Of a stretch of DNA of 64,000 bases, positions 50,497-61,810 are shown piece by piece. Location: assembly GCA_963783575.1 (NCBI GenBank), contig CAWAOD010000009.1, forward strand, positions 192,001 through 256,000. The letters are read 5' to 3'. The position numbers and the translations under genes are program-made. The first letter of the stretch is position 1. Every line of letters begins with the position of its first letter. The notes under the pieces were generated by a model that saw only the letters and a program-made list of their open reading frames with translations, did not search any database and was not told the origin of the DNA. This DNA is from an uncultured Spirochaetota bacterium (lineage in GTDB: Bacteria > Spirochaetota > Brevinematia > Brevinematales > JAOACQ01).

Positions 50497-50836
50497 CTAT
50501 AACCTTTTATTATACCAGAAATTTATGCTATTCAGATTCCAGCAAATCATCGGTTTTTTTCTGCCTTTTGTAGTATGATCAAAATCTGCGATAATATTTT
50601 TGATTTCTTGAGCTTCGGCTTTTATCAGGTAAATTCCCTCGCCTGTCAAAATATCATCCAGAAAACCCTTTAAAACTTTGTTCTCTTTTAATTTCCCAAG
50701 CAAAATGCAAATAGAATAAAGGGAAAAATCGGTAATATACAAAATTCTTACCGCTTCGCAGAAAAGATAGAGAAATGTCATACTTTTCATTTTTCAGAAG
50801 GACATGCAGAAATATATTAGTATCAACGAGGTACAT
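50497..50836 (-). pseudogene. PIN-domain (VapC-like) toxin, frameshifted and internally deleted
   Basis: MYLVDTNIFL...KN/LYITDFSLYSI (extra base at A4 50741-50744) continuing to IIADFDHTTKGRKKP. The DFDDA-type acidic segment is absent. Confidence 0.75.
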
Positions 50837-51074
50837 TTAAGCCACCCCATAAATCGGTAATTTCATGCTGAAGCATAACAGGATCATTCAATTTGTCCTT
50901 GTATCGTTCAAGCTTACCAGCCCAATCCAGTTTTAGCTTTTTATGGATTCTTTCCCTTGAATATTTTTGTTTTAAAAACTCTGCAAAATCTATAAGCTCT
51001 TTTTTAGCTGCATTCGGTAGTTTTTCCATGGTTTTATCCAGAGTATCAAGCGTCATACTAACCTCCTTCAACAT
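50823..51074 (-). CDS. DUF2281-type antitoxin
   Basis: KLP...KELIDFAEFLKQKY...KLDWAG.L pattern. Overlaps the PIN gene start. Confidence 0.8.
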   Translation of the reverse strand: MLKEVSMTLDTLDKTMEKLPNAAKKELIDFAEFLKQKYSRERIHKKLKLDWAGKLERYKDKLNDPVMLQHEITDLWGGLNVPR

Positions 51075-51221
51075 AAAATCATACTCCGATAGACATTAAA
51101 AGTCAAAATTTCTTTTCCAGCCATTCATAAATATAGCTCTCCTGGCTCCGGACATCAAAATAAAATTCATTTTTTAAGCGGATAGTATTTCCGGTAAGCT
51201 CAATCTGATTTTACCCTGCTT

Positions 51222-53034
51222 TCAGTCGGCATTTCTGGCGAGGCGGAAGCCTGTGCGGTTGTCCGCGGTTAAGCCATGATCGCGGGCTGACGGGCGCTGT
51301 CTTGAAATTCCGCTCCACCAATCCCCGCCTTTTTTAATCCTGTCGCCTGTAAGAGGATACTTTAGATTAACAGTGTCACCGCACCATTGAGAAACATTGC
51401 CCTGTAAATCGTATATACCGTAAACGTTCGGAGGGTACGAAGCCACTGGCGTTGTCTGCCCGAGGAACCAGCCATGTTTATCGTGGTCCCCGTCTATAAG
51501 AGGACGCAATCCGTTGAAGTTGGCATTGCTTGTATTGATTGTTTTGCCCTGCGGAAACATTGAAGTACTCCCGGCCCTGCAGGCGAATTCCCATTCCGCT
51601 TCACCCGGAAGGCGGTAACCGTTAGCTGACGCATCAACAATCGTTTCGGTCCAGCGCATCATACCAACCATCGGCATATCTTTTGCTTTATTGGTTATTG
51701 TGTAAACCGGCTTTAGCCCGTCACGCTGGCTTGCCCAGTTGCAGTAAGCCACAGCATCGTACCAGCTGACGCATACCACAGGATCGTCCTCGGTTTGATG
51801 CAGATAAGGCTTATACCATGCAGAGTCAGGGAAAACATATGCCGACCCTCCGTCCGCGTAAATCTTCGTTTTTTTAGACGGTTCATACCCGGTTTCCTCA
51901 ATAAAATGCCGGAATTGCGCAACTGTAACATCTATTGCCGAGAGGTAAAACGGGGCTACTGTCACCAGTCTCGCCGGCTTTTCGTCATCCCGGACCCAGG
52001 ACCAGTCATCGGAGGCGCCCATGGTGAAAGATCCCCCGGGAATCTTTACCATATTGTCCTTTACAGGCTTAACGACAATGGCTGAAGAAGTCCCGGAATT
52101 TGTATCCGGTTTGCGGAGATCAATCGATGTCAAATCAAAGGATGTATTTATTTCGACAATAAAATTTACGCATAGATCCTCATATTTAGTACCATGGTAT
52201 ATATCTTCGATAGTGATAAGAACGCAGGGAACCGAAAATGGAAATATAACGAACTGGGGACGGGCTGTATCGAGAAGTGTATAGCGCTGATCAAGCCGTC
52301 CGCCGGATCCGGTGACATGTATGACCTTGGGGCGGCTGTTTTTTCATACAGATCGGGATGGGTATCCGAAACGAAACCGCTCGAAATAACAAATCCCTGC
52401 ATTTCCGTCATATCCATCCTCAGGATTCCTTTCCCGGTGATAACCCGTTCCAAATCATAATAGCCTGCTTCTTCACTGCTCCTGCCTATTTTTATGAAGC
52501 TTCCGACCGCATTGTCGCCTTTCACAGCCCAGGGATATTTGACGGCCATAAAATTGACCAGATTTTCAACGTCAAAGCTGGTCTTTCCCTCTTTCAGAAA
52601 AGAACTGACTGAAACACCGTCATTATTAGTGCTTAAGGGGTCAAAAAGTAACTCGATTCGAGATACCGCAGGTTATCGGCAAAAATTGAATAAACCTGCT
52701 TTCCTTTCTTAAAAGCATATATAAAAGCTACGCTCGGTTTATCATTTCCAAAATCCGGATTTGCCAGGACATACCAGTCAACGCCATTGTTCAGCTTCAA
52801 AACCTGGAAAGGATCCGTTGAGGTCACCTGAAAAGTTAGAGTTTCTGTACCTTCCTCGGATTCCGAGATAATCTTGTTGCCGTCAAAAGTGATTGTCTGA
52901 GGGTCAAAGTGGTCATGCAATTCAACCTTCTTCACCGACCCGAGCATAGCCTGGGCGGAAATTACCGCTGATATTCCCATAAAAAAAAGCAGCAAGCTAA
53001 AAAAAGAAATAGAAAGTGATTTTTTCTTTAACAT
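51222..53034 (-). CDS. Secreted protein with discoidin/NADase-type glycan-binding-like domain and FGE-sulfatase (SUMF1) domain, split by two -1 frameshifts
   Basis: Three track ORFs join if one base is added at A5 52643-52647 and one at T6 52339-52344 (1813+2 nt = 605 codons). Restored segments: SSFLKEG..PWAVKG, LYEKNSRPK, EDIYHGTKYEDLCV. FGE motifs GGSFTMG, PVVCVSWYDA, YRLPGEAEWEFACRAG, GFRLAR. Confidence 0.8.
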
Positions 53035-53056
53035 TGAAAGCCTCCGGTTTTTTATA

Positions 53057-53809
53057 TTATTTCTCGATTCTCACATAAATTCCCGAAGCGTAAACCTGTG
53101 CGCCGAATCCGGCGTAAAAAGAATCGCCGGATTCAAAAATAAATATTTTTTTATCAAACAGGAGAGCAAACATGACATATTTTTCTTCAATTTGCTTTGT
53201 CTTTTCATTCTCAGCGCTTACTCCAAAACTCCATACGCCATTTTTGTCTTTTTCCAGATTCCCGTCCGCCGATCCGGTATGAGGGGCCTGAGATTTTGTA
53301 TCTATATCGATGAAAAACCCGACTTTTCCTTCTACAGTGATTTTCAAATTCCCCGTTATATATTCGTTATCGACTTTATAAATTCCAGGAATAACAGCAT
53401 TCTGATCCGGTATGTGAATCTCGACCGGATCCTTTGTGGTTTTCAGATCGAAATTCATTTCTTTTTTTTTCATTTTCCATTTTCCGGAAAATCCTATATC
53501 GGATTTTACTCCTTCAAATTCAGCGTTTTCCTTTCCATTGTCCAGATTCTCATAAAGATGGGTTATTTTATCATCTTTTCCGCCGGTAAGGTAAATCGGT
53601 ATTTTTTGCTTATTATAATAATAATAGCCGAAAAGCAATTCCCGGTCATTATTATTGTATGAAAACAAAACCATTGAAACCTGATATTTGCCGTTGATAG
53701 TACCGCTATAATTTATTGAAGCAGTTTCTCTTTCCTGTGAAAAGAGCGGTAATAAAAAAAAAGCTGTTAAAAGCAGGCAAAATAACCCTGATTTAAAATA
53801 ATTAACCAT
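53057..53809 (-). CDS. Exported hypothetical beta-rich protein
   Basis: Signal peptide, YSGTINGKY...GYYYY...FSGKW pattern. Confidence 0.75.
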   Translation of the reverse strand: MVNYFKSGLFCLLLTAFFLLPLFSQERETASINYSGTINGKYQVSMVLFSYNNNDRELLFGYYYYNKQKIPIYLTGGKDDKITHLYENLDNGKENAEFEGVKSDIGFSGKWKMKKKEMNFDLKTTKDPVEIHIPDQNAVIPGIYKVDNEYITGNLKITVEGKVGFFIDIDTKSQAPHTGSADGNLEKDKNGVWSFGVSAENEKTKQIEEKYVMFALLFDKKIFIFESGDSFYAGFGAQVYASGIYVRIEK

Positions 53810-53839
53810 CTGCTTTTTCTCCGTATTTTATTTTGTTTC

Positions 53840-54346
53840 CTAATAATGTCCTTTTTCATCGTCAAATTCCGACACAGCCTTTAGGAACCGGACCAGCCAT
53901 ACAAATGTTCCTATTGAAGCCCCAACAATTCCGACAATGAGAAAGACCCTTACCAGGGTGTTGAGCCATGGCCCCACAATAATTGAGAAGTCAAGCGGAA
54001 ATACGACAAGGAAGATCGAAACCGAAATTAAAGCGGTCCCGGTGATGAGAAATTCAATCAAAGCCTTAAACCATCTCGGGGAATATGCGATCAGAACTAT
54101 GCTTCCGCAAACATTAATTATAATATTTAGGTCCATAGCCCATAGGGCATTGATCCAGGCATTTGTAACGACCCCATGAGTTTTCGGCAGCCATAATGGA
54201 AACAAATTGATTATAAAGAAAACCACAATGTTCGATACAATACTGCCTATATAACTCCGCCGCTTATTTTCCGCCTTGAATCTTAAAACGTCATCTGCTT
54301 TACCATTTACAGATGTTTCACTACCTATTTTTTCTTTTTCATCCAT
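53840..54346 (-). CDS. Hypothetical membrane protein
   Basis: About 4-5 hydrophobic segments. Likely start ATG 54346 (AGGAG RBS). Confidence 0.75.
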   Translation of the reverse strand: MDEKEKIGSETSVNGKADDVLRFKAENKRRSYIGSIVSNIVVFFIINLFPLWLPKTHGVVTNAWINALWAMDLNIIINVCGSIVLIAYSPRWFKALIEFLITGTALISVSIFLVVFPLDFSIIVGPWLNTLVRVFLIVGIVGASIGTFVWLVRFLKAVSEFDDEKGHY

Positions 54347-54496
54347 AAACCAACTCCTGTATTCCATAAAATAATTCCAAGCCATTGTTTATTTTCAAAT
54401 TAATCGTCCGGTATTATCCGAACTCCTACTCAAATAATCAATCATTGGATTATCGATTGGAAAAATTATAAATTACCGGCCTGAAATCCACAAACT

Positions 54497-55838
54497 TTAA
54501 TCCGCATGGCCTCCGAAACGGCCGATTTCTTCTTCAAGCACACCCTCAAAATTTATAGCTTCTCCAACAGAAAGACCTTCCAGTGTTATACTTAGAATGG
54601 ATTTTTCTGCCGCTTTATTCAATTTCTCAATAGATTCTCCCTGATTAACGGAATCGTCCTCATTCAATATTGAATCCATCGAAGAAGAAGATAAGAGTTC
54701 AGAGGCCTTTGATGTCCAAAAAGTAAAAAGATGGCTTTTAGGATTATCAAAGACTTCCCTGTTGTACTGAACATACCGTACCGACCGTAAATCAATCTGT
54801 TGTTGCACTTTGAACTTTTTATTCGGGAAAGACTGGGTTGGAATGACATTCTGCGATCCTTTAAATAGTTTTTTAGGGGCCATTCCGGATTGTAAATTAT
54901 CGGGCTGTAACCGAAGACACTGACAGCTATGGATCATTGACCCATGCATTCCATAAAGCATTCAGGAGAATTAGGAGAAAAACAAGGGAAATCCCTCCAA
55001 CTATAAATAAATTTTGAGCGATGAAAAATCCTCCTGCACCACACAAGGCAACAATCAGCAGGCCGAGAGCACTCCCACTGAAATTTACCCGGTTGTTCCA
55101 GCAATACCAGACAGAACCACCGGAAGAAAAACGCCTTATCCTGCCGGATAAAGGATTAACTGCCGGTTTTTGAGCATTTTTATCATCTTTAAGAGGAACC
55201 GCCTGCTCAAGTTCTTTTACAGAAAGCAGAGCCGTTTCTTCCGTAGAGCCTTCAAACAGGTCCCAGAAGCCCCCGTCTTTTTTTCTTACAGATACGGCAA
55301 AATATTTATTATAGAAATTCTTTACGGTTCCCTCCACAGCCTCTGAATTAAAGCTTGTAGTTGTGTAGCTTATAGCGGAAAAACTTCGCACGAAAAATCC
55401 GCTCAACTGTGAATAATTATATCCCGGGAGATTGGTTAATTCCAGCGGATTTTTGGGGTTCCAGGGCCGCTCCGAAATCAAAAAGCGATGCTGCCAGTTA
55501 TCAAAAATATATGCGCCTGGGTGTTTGGGCCTTGACAATTTTCGTGAAATCCTTAATAACGAGATTATAGAAAACAGGATCAGACCAAGGCCTGATATCA
55601 AAAAAACCAGAAATAACATGCCTCTCGCATGGGTCAGATAAGTTTTTCTGAAAACTGGAAGAGAATAACCTCCCATAGCCCAGGGGCGGGAAAAAAATAT
55701 AACAAGAAACAATCCCGGAACAAGATAAATCAGCCGTGTTATAATCTTACCGGGAGTAGAGTCATCCTTATTTTTCAAATTAATAATAACCCTGCCGCCG
55801 TCTTTCAAAACCTTTGCTTCTTCATGATGTTTTGCCAT
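54497..55838 (-). CDS. Membrane protein, paralog of 57850..59277 (split by frameshift at about 54940)
   Basis: ORFs 54927..55838 and 54497..54961 align consecutively to the intact paralog (GGRVII, AYIFDN, DGGFWDLF, SSGGSVWYCWN, VQYNR, RFGGHAD). Confidence 0.8.
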
Positions 55839-55875
55839 TGGATTCCCCCTTTTTTTGATTTAAGATATAATAATT

Positions 55876-57780
55876 CTATTTCGCTCCGACTTTTTTTAAA
55901 ATCTTGATAATTTCATCATTTTCGGCGAATTTCAAAACAGTATCACCGGATTTATTCACCCCCGCGTTGACATCGGCCTTTGCACCCAGCAATGTTTTAA
56001 CCATCTCAATATCATTTTTTTGAACCGCCATCAGTAAAGCAGTCCAGCCGTTTCCTCCATCCGGCGCATTAACATCGGCTCCCGCCGCTATCATTGCTTT
56101 AACCATCCCGGTATCGCCGTTTTGTGCCGCAATCACAATAGCCGGCCTGCCGTACCCCACGTTCGCGTTAACATCTGCCCCCGCCTTGATCAATGCTTTA
56201 ACTGTGTCTGTTTTCCCTCCAAAAGCCGCCGACATTAAAGCAGTCCAGCCGCTTTTCTGAGCCGCATTTACATTGGCTCCTGCTTTGATCAACACCATAA
56301 CCATCTCAGTGCTGCCGTTCCGGGCCTCCTCCATTAAAGGCGTATCACCTTCTTTATCCGCCTTATTGACATCTGCCCCCATTTCAATCATTATTTTTAC
56401 ATCTTCTGTATGCCCTCTGCCGGCCGAGTATAATAAAGCTGTACCGCCGCGTTCATCAAGGGACTGGTTTATATCGCCTTTGTAATTCTTAATATATGCG
56501 ATATCGCCCTGGACAGCCGCGTTAACCAGTCTCAATTTTGCCTGTCCGGCGGGGGAATTCTCGTCTGCTTTTTTCAAAAGATAGATTATGTTGCGGTCTT
56601 TAGCCATCGATAATGCCGTATAGCCCGCTATATCCTTCGCGCTGAAATCAGCCCCGGCTTCAAGCAAGACTTTGACCGCTTCTTCCTGGCCTTCATATGA
56701 AGCCTCCATTAAGGCCGTCCTGCGGTCCTGTTTATCCACCGCGTTGATATTTGCCTTCGCGTCTATTAATGCCTCAACTATTTCCGTATATCCTTTAGCG
56801 GCCGCCCACATCAAAGCAGTATTACCGCTTTTATCAGCCAGGTTGACATCCGCCTTCTTGGCTATCAGAGCTTTTACCGTATCAATATCTCCATTATAGG
56901 CCGCAGTAAGTAAAAGAGTCCCGCCGTATTTATCAGTATCCGCATTAATATTCACTTGCTGTCCGGTCAATGCTTTAACAACATCAGCATGCTTTCTGCT
57001 GACAGCGTACATCAAAGCTGTTTTACCGCTTTTATCCGCCAGGCTTGTGTCCGCCTTCGCCGTAATCAATGCATTAACCACTTCAATATTACCATTTTGG
57101 GCAGCAAGCACAAGGGCCGTTTTTCCGTCTCCTGTTTCCGCCTTGTTGACTTCGGCCCCCGCCTCGATCAGCGCCTGAACAGAGTCCGCATGACCTTCTC
57201 TTGCCGCGTATATCAGGGCTGTTTTACCGTCATTATCCGCCGCGTTTACATTGACCTTAGCCGCGATTAAAACTTTAACTATATCAGCGTATCCTTTACC
57301 GGCGGTGTTCATTAAAACTGTCCTGCTGCTTTTTTCCGCCGCGTTGACATCTGCCTTAGCCTCGATCAATGCTTTAACAACTTCAATAAAGCCGTTCTGT
57401 GATGCCGCCATCAAAGCCGTCCAACCGCTTTTCCCGGCCGCATTAACATCCGCCTTCGCCGCGATTAATGTTTTTACAACTTCGGTATAGCCGTTCTGGG
57501 CCGCCCACATCAAAGCCGTCATGCCGTATTTTGTGTCCGCAGCGTTGACATCTGCCTTCGCTGTGATCAATGCCGGAACAGCATTAGTCTGGCCATTATA
57601 AACAGCCAATATCAAAGCCGTTTCTCCGGAATTATCCAGAAGTTGGTTTATATCCCCTTTGTAATTTTTGATAAACGGAATATCACCGTTGGTTGCCGCG
57701 TCGAGTAAGGTCTCCTGCGCTAAAGTAAAGACCGGGGTTGTGAACATGATAAACAAAATTAATACGAAACATTTCTTCAT
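55876..57780 (-). CDS. Exported ankyrin repeat protein
   Basis: Signal peptide MKKCFVLIL..., many GxTALMxAA...LIxAxADVN repeats, two capping modules. Confidence 0.93.
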   Translation of the reverse strand: MKKCFVLILFIMFTTPVFTLAQETLLDAATNGDIPFIKNYKGDINQLLDNSGETALILAVYNGQTNAVPALITAKADVNAADTKYGMTALMWAAQNGYTEVVKTLIAAKADVNAAGKSGWTALMAASQNGFIEVVKALIEAKADVNAAEKSSRTVLMNTAGKGYADIVKVLIAAKVNVNAADNDGKTALIYAAREGHADSVQALIEAGAEVNKAETGDGKTALVLAAQNGNIEVVNALITAKADTSLADKSGKTALMYAVSRKHADVVKALTGQQVNINADTDKYGGTLLLTAAYNGDIDTVKALIAKKADVNLADKSGNTALMWAAAKGYTEIVEALIDAKANINAVDKQDRRTALMEASYEGQEEAVKVLLEAGADFSAKDIAGYTALSMAKDRNIIYLLKKADENSPAGQAKLRLVNAAVQGDIAYIKNYKGDINQSLDERGGTALLYSAGRGHTEDVKIMIEMGADVNKADKEGDTPLMEEARNGSTEMVMVLIKAGANVNAAQKSGWTALMSAAFGGKTDTVKALIKAGADVNANVGYGRPAIVIAAQNGDTGMVKAMIAAGADVNAPDGGNGWTALLMAVQKNDIEMVKTLLGAKADVNAGVNKSGDTVLKFAENDEIIKILKKVGAK

Positions 57781-57849
57781 AAAATACCCTCTCTCTTTGT
57801 ACAATTATTATTCATTAATTTTATATAAATACCAAAATAAGGTTTAACC

Positions 57850-59277
57850 TTAATCCGCATGACCTCCAAAACGGTTGATTTCTTCTTCGAGAACGCGCTC
57901 AAAATTAATGGCATCTGCAATCGACAGGCCTTCAAGTGTGATATTAATATTAGACTGTTCTATGGACTTCCCCATTTGACTTGTTGTTTTTAAATCTTTC
58001 CAGAGATCCTTGAATCCCGGCATATTTTCCTCAGTGGAATCCAGCGCGATATTAATGTCCTGTCCGTTCTCGGTAATTTTTACGGTTTTACTGACACTGC
58101 CTGATGCTGCTCCCATTGAAGAAGCCATGGCGTCAACAGCCTCGCCGGCTTTCCCGGTCCAGAATGTAAAATAATGAGTCTGTGGATCAATATATGTCGT
58201 CCTGTTGTACTGCACATGCCGGACCGACTTTAAATCAACCTGCTTTTTGATTTTGAACTTTTTATCCTGAGAGGATTGGTTTGAGGCAACGTTTACCGCT
58301 TCGCTTAAAACGGATTTCGGAACGGTTCCGGACTGCAGGGAACCGGCGCTCATCCGTATACATTGATAGTTCAGTGCCTTGCCCATAATTCTCCATAATA
58401 TAGAAATCAGAAAAACCAGGGCGATAAACAAAAACAAGCCGGGTCCAATGATAAAGGGAAATGTTTTTGGATAATTGAAAAATAACACCAGTCCAATTAT
58501 AGCCGTAAACGGCATGGTTTGAACGCTTCCGCTGGCATGAACAAGGCTATTCCAGCAATACCAGACAGACCCGCCTGAAGAAATGCGCCGAATCCTTTCA
58601 GTCAATGGACTGGCCGCCGGGATCGATATATTTTCAGCTCCTCCAAGAGAAACTACTTTTTCCAGTTCCTTGACGGAGAGCTTTGCTGTTTCTTCAAAGT
58701 CTTCATCAAATAGATCCCAGAAGCCACCGTCGGTTTTTTTCAGGGATACCGCATAATTTTGAGTGTAATTACTACCTATGGTCGAATCTCTATCATAAAA
58801 GGGATTTGTTGTTACATAACTCCGGACGAAGAACCGGCTCAACTGCGAATAACTATACCCGGGGAGACGTGACAGATCATTCGGCGGATTTTTACGGTTC
58901 CACGGCTGCATCGATAATAAAAAGCGCTGCTGGCTGTTGTCAAAAATATAGGCGCGGATAGGTTTGGGTTTGTTAATTTTCCTTAAAATATTGATTAAAC
59001 AGATGATTGAAAATAAAGTGAGACCAGCGCCTATAAGAAAAGGAATCAGTATTGGGAGACTTCTCTCCCCGGACAGGTAAATTTCTTTGAAAGCTGAAAG
59101 TGAAAACTTTCCGGTCGCCCATGGCTGGCCGAAGTTCTTTAGAAAAACCAGCCCCAGCCCCAGAATAATAAGCAGGATTATTACCGTTGCAAAAGTGAAA
59201 TTACCGGCAAGCCTTATAATAACCCTGCCGCCCTCATTCAATATTTTACCCTGCTTTACAATTTCCTCTCTTGCCAT
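57850..59277 (-). CDS. Hypothetical membrane protein (two TM pairs)
   Basis: 475-aa ORF with GGAGG RBS. Paralog of 54497..55838. Confidence 0.82.
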   Translation of the reverse strand: MAREEIVKQGKILNEGGRVIIRLAGNFTFATVIILLIILGLGLVFLKNFGQPWATGKFSLSAFKEIYLSGERSLPILIPFLIGAGLTLFSIICLINILRKINKPKPIRAYIFDNSQQRFLLSMQPWNRKNPPNDLSRLPGYSYSQLSRFFVRSYVTTNPFYDRDSTIGSNYTQNYAVSLKKTDGGFWDLFDEDFEETAKLSVKELEKVVSLGGAENISIPAASPLTERIRRISSGGSVWYCWNSLVHASGSVQTMPFTAIIGLVLFFNYPKTFPFIIGPGLFLFIALVFLISILWRIMGKALNYQCIRMSAGSLQSGTVPKSVLSEAVNVASNQSSQDKKFKIKKQVDLKSVRHVQYNRTTYIDPQTHYFTFWTGKAGEAVDAMASSMGAASGSVSKTVKITENGQDINIALDSTEENMPGFKDLWKDLKTTSQMGKSIEQSNINITLEGLSIADAINFERVLEEEINRFGGHAD

Positions 59278-59287
59278 TTTAATCCTC

Positions 59288-59740
59288 CTACGAATTACTG
59301 CCCAATCCGATGAATATTAATAACCCGAAACCAATAGAAACGATCCCTAAAAAAACAAGTATGAGTGGAAAGGGAAACAACGTATTCCAGAAATAATTCA
59401 TGATCACCGTATTCCCCGGTTCCTTTGGATCATAATTTACTTTAACCTTCTGCCCGATTTTCGCGGCCGAAGCAGATCCGTAAGGACCGGTTGTTTTCCT
59501 GGAATTGCCTTCAGCGTCATTAAACTCAATAATAGGATAAACCGATATTTGTCCTCCCCGGCTGGGCCCAATATTGCCTACGTCTCTATCTCTATTAGTC
59601 CGCTTTTCAAATCCGGTGACGACACCCTGTACCTGCGAGCCTTTCAATGCCACGCTTATAACTCGGCCTGTAATTATAATACCGATAACCAAAACCAGTA
59701 AACCGGGGATCCAGAATGCAAAAGAAGCGAACCACCTCAT
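59288..59740 (-). CDS. DUF3592-like membrane protein
   Basis: TM, GVVTG, YPIIEF, GQKVKVNYDP, TM. Likely start ATG 59740. Confidence 0.8.
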   Translation of the reverse strand: MRWFASFAFWIPGLLVLVIGIIITGRVISVALKGSQVQGVVTGFEKRTNRDRDVGNIGPSRGGQISVYPIIEFNDAEGNSRKTTGPYGSASAAKIGQKVKVNYDPKEPGNTVIMNYFWNTLFPFPLILVFLGIVSIGFGLLIFIGLGSNS

Positions 59741-59965
59741 ATACTCCTCCATGTAAAATAGATTAATCAAGAAAAATTATTATTCTCCGCCAGTTCATCA
59801 TTCAGAACCAATATTGACCGGCTACTGAAATTGAATGGCCTGTTCTTTCACATCCCGGCCGTTTCCATTCCAGCTGTAAATGATGCAGTAATCCGGTTCG
59901 GGACAGCCGCGGCTGTTCATCATGTCATTATCGACCATGTTATAGCTATTATTTGCAAAAGATTA

Positions 59966-61576
59966 CTATTTTGCGCCGGCTTTTTTCAACAGATCAATGG
60001 TAATTGGATCTTTAGCGGATGATAAAGCCGTTTCGCCATCTTTATTTTTTGAGTTAACATTTACCCCTGCCGCGATCAATGCTTTTATAATTTCCGCATC
60101 CCCCGCTGAAGCTGCATATATCAAAGCAGTCTCGCCATTTTTACCCGCTCCCTTATTTAAATCTGCCTTTGCCCTGATTAAAGCTTTAACTTCCTCCGCA
60201 GAGCCGTTATGGGCCGCAGCCATTAAAGCCGTCAAGCCGTTTCCGGAATCCTCCGTGTTGACATCGGCACCGGCTTCGATCAATGCTTTTAAAATTTCAG
60301 TATTGCCGTTCTGGGCCGCTAAAACCAAAGCCGGCCTTCCGGAATCCGCTGTATTGACATCGGCCTTATCTGCAATCAATGCTTTTACCATTTCTGTATT
60401 GGTATTTTCTATTGCCATTATCAGAGCCGTTAAACCGTTTTTATTTACCGCATTGATGTCCCCTTTATAATTCTTTATAAATGATAAATCCCCCTTCCCG
60501 ACTGCGTCAAACAAAGACCCTTTAACCGGATTGGACGGGGAATTCTTTGCAGCGTTTTTCAATAAATTAGTGATTTCAGCATTTTGAGCCCATTTCAAAA
60601 CCATTACTCCGTTTTCATCAGCCGTGTTGACATTGGCTCCGGCTTCGATCAGCGCCTTAACGGTTTCAGTCTGTCCTTTCTGGACGGCAAACATCAAAGC
60701 CGTCCAGCCGTCTTTTTTAGCGGAGTTGACATTAGCCCCCGCGTCAATCAAGGCATTCAAATCCTCTATTTTGCCGTCCTCCGCCGCCCTCATTAAAGCC
60801 GTATCGCCGTTTTTATCGGCCGCGTCGATATTTGCGCCTGCTTCTTTCAATATATCTATAATTTCGGAAGAATGATCCTGAACTGCTATCAATAAAGCCG
60901 AATCACCCGTTTTACTTAACTGGTTGATATCAGCCTTTGCTCTTATCAGAGCATCAACTGTTTTTAAGTTATTATCCATAACAGCATACATAAGGGCCGT
61001 ATACCCCCCTTCATCAGCGGTATTTATGTCGGCCCCTGAATTGATTAAATCCTGAACCACCTTAGTCTGCCCTTTCTTAACCGCAGCAATAAGAATCGAA
61101 CTTTTTTTATTATTTTTCAGAGCGTTTACATTTGCCTTTACCGAAACCAAAATCTGCGCTATTTCTGAGTATCCGCGGTCTGTCGCTACATGCAGCGCCG
61201 TCTGCCCGTATTTATCCGCCGCATTGATATCGGCTCCGGCTTCGATCAAAAACTTAACCGATTCCATTTGACCACGGAAGACCGCTTCCATCAAAGCCGT
61301 CCTTCGGCTTTTATTCACGGCATTGACACTGGCCCCAGCGGCAATCAATGCTTTAACTACATCAGGGTGCACTCCGGAAATCGCGCAAATCAAAGCCGTA
61401 TCACCGTCTTTATCAAGCGGCTGGTTAATATTACCTTTGTAATTTTTAATAAACTCAATAGAGTCGGCATCGCCGGTTAAGGCAGCATGAAACAGGGCCA
61501 TATCCGGGGCTGCGCATGAAATTACCGGTAAAAATGCGGGAATTAAGAATAAGATAAAGAATAAACTATTTTTCAT
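59966..61576 (-). CDS. Exported ankyrin repeat protein (possible lipoprotein)
   Basis: Signal peptide ending VISC, ankyrin repeats, two capping modules, GGAGG RBS. Confidence 0.93.
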   Translation of the reverse strand: MKNSLFFILFLIPAFLPVISCAAPDMALFHAALTGDADSIEFIKNYKGNINQPLDKDGDTALICAISGVHPDVVKALIAAGASVNAVNKSRRTALMEAVFRGQMESVKFLIEAGADINAADKYGQTALHVATDRGYSEIAQILVSVKANVNALKNNKKSSILIAAVKKGQTKVVQDLINSGADINTADEGGYTALMYAVMDNNLKTVDALIRAKADINQLSKTGDSALLIAVQDHSSEIIDILKEAGANIDAADKNGDTALMRAAEDGKIEDLNALIDAGANVNSAKKDGWTALMFAVQKGQTETVKALIEAGANVNTADENGVMVLKWAQNAEITNLLKNAAKNSPSNPVKGSLFDAVGKGDLSFIKNYKGDINAVNKNGLTALIMAIENTNTEMVKALIADKADVNTADSGRPALVLAAQNGNTEILKALIEAGADVNTEDSGNGLTALMAAAHNGSAEEVKALIRAKADLNKGAGKNGETALIYAASAGDAEIIKALIAAGVNVNSKNKDGETALSSAKDPITIDLLKKAGAK

Positions 61577-61609
61577 AGAAAATCCTCCCTTGAAAATTCG
61601 ATTTCAATT

Positions 61610-61705
61610 AACAGGAAGACACGAAGGAAGGAAGAAACGACAATAATCCGATTTAAAAAAATATAAACATTTATATTTCTACTTCCCGAATTTCTTCTTC
61701 CTGTT
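61610..61705. repeat. Purine-rich/pyrimidine-rich inverted repeat element
   Basis: AACAGGAAGA(CACGAAGGAAGGAAG) at 61610 and TCTTCCTGTT at 61696-61705. Confidence 0.5.
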
Positions 61706-61810
61706 TATTTATTACTATCTAATAAAATCAATTTTCATTGTTTTAGGTGTACCTTCAGAGTCATGACGACTCCTATTAAAATAAAATTGTCATCATTTTT
61801 TGAACCGGCT

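Noticed and set aside
51222..51450. FGE/C-lectin C-terminus as a diversity-generating retroelement target
   Set aside because: No reverse transcriptase and no adenine-variant template repeat seen in this window; one elsewhere in the genome cannot be excluded.
59822..59938. 38-codon minus-strand ORF (MVDNDMMNSRGCPEPDYCIIYSWNG...)
   Set aside because: Possibly a gene remnant, but too short and without RBS or recognisable family.
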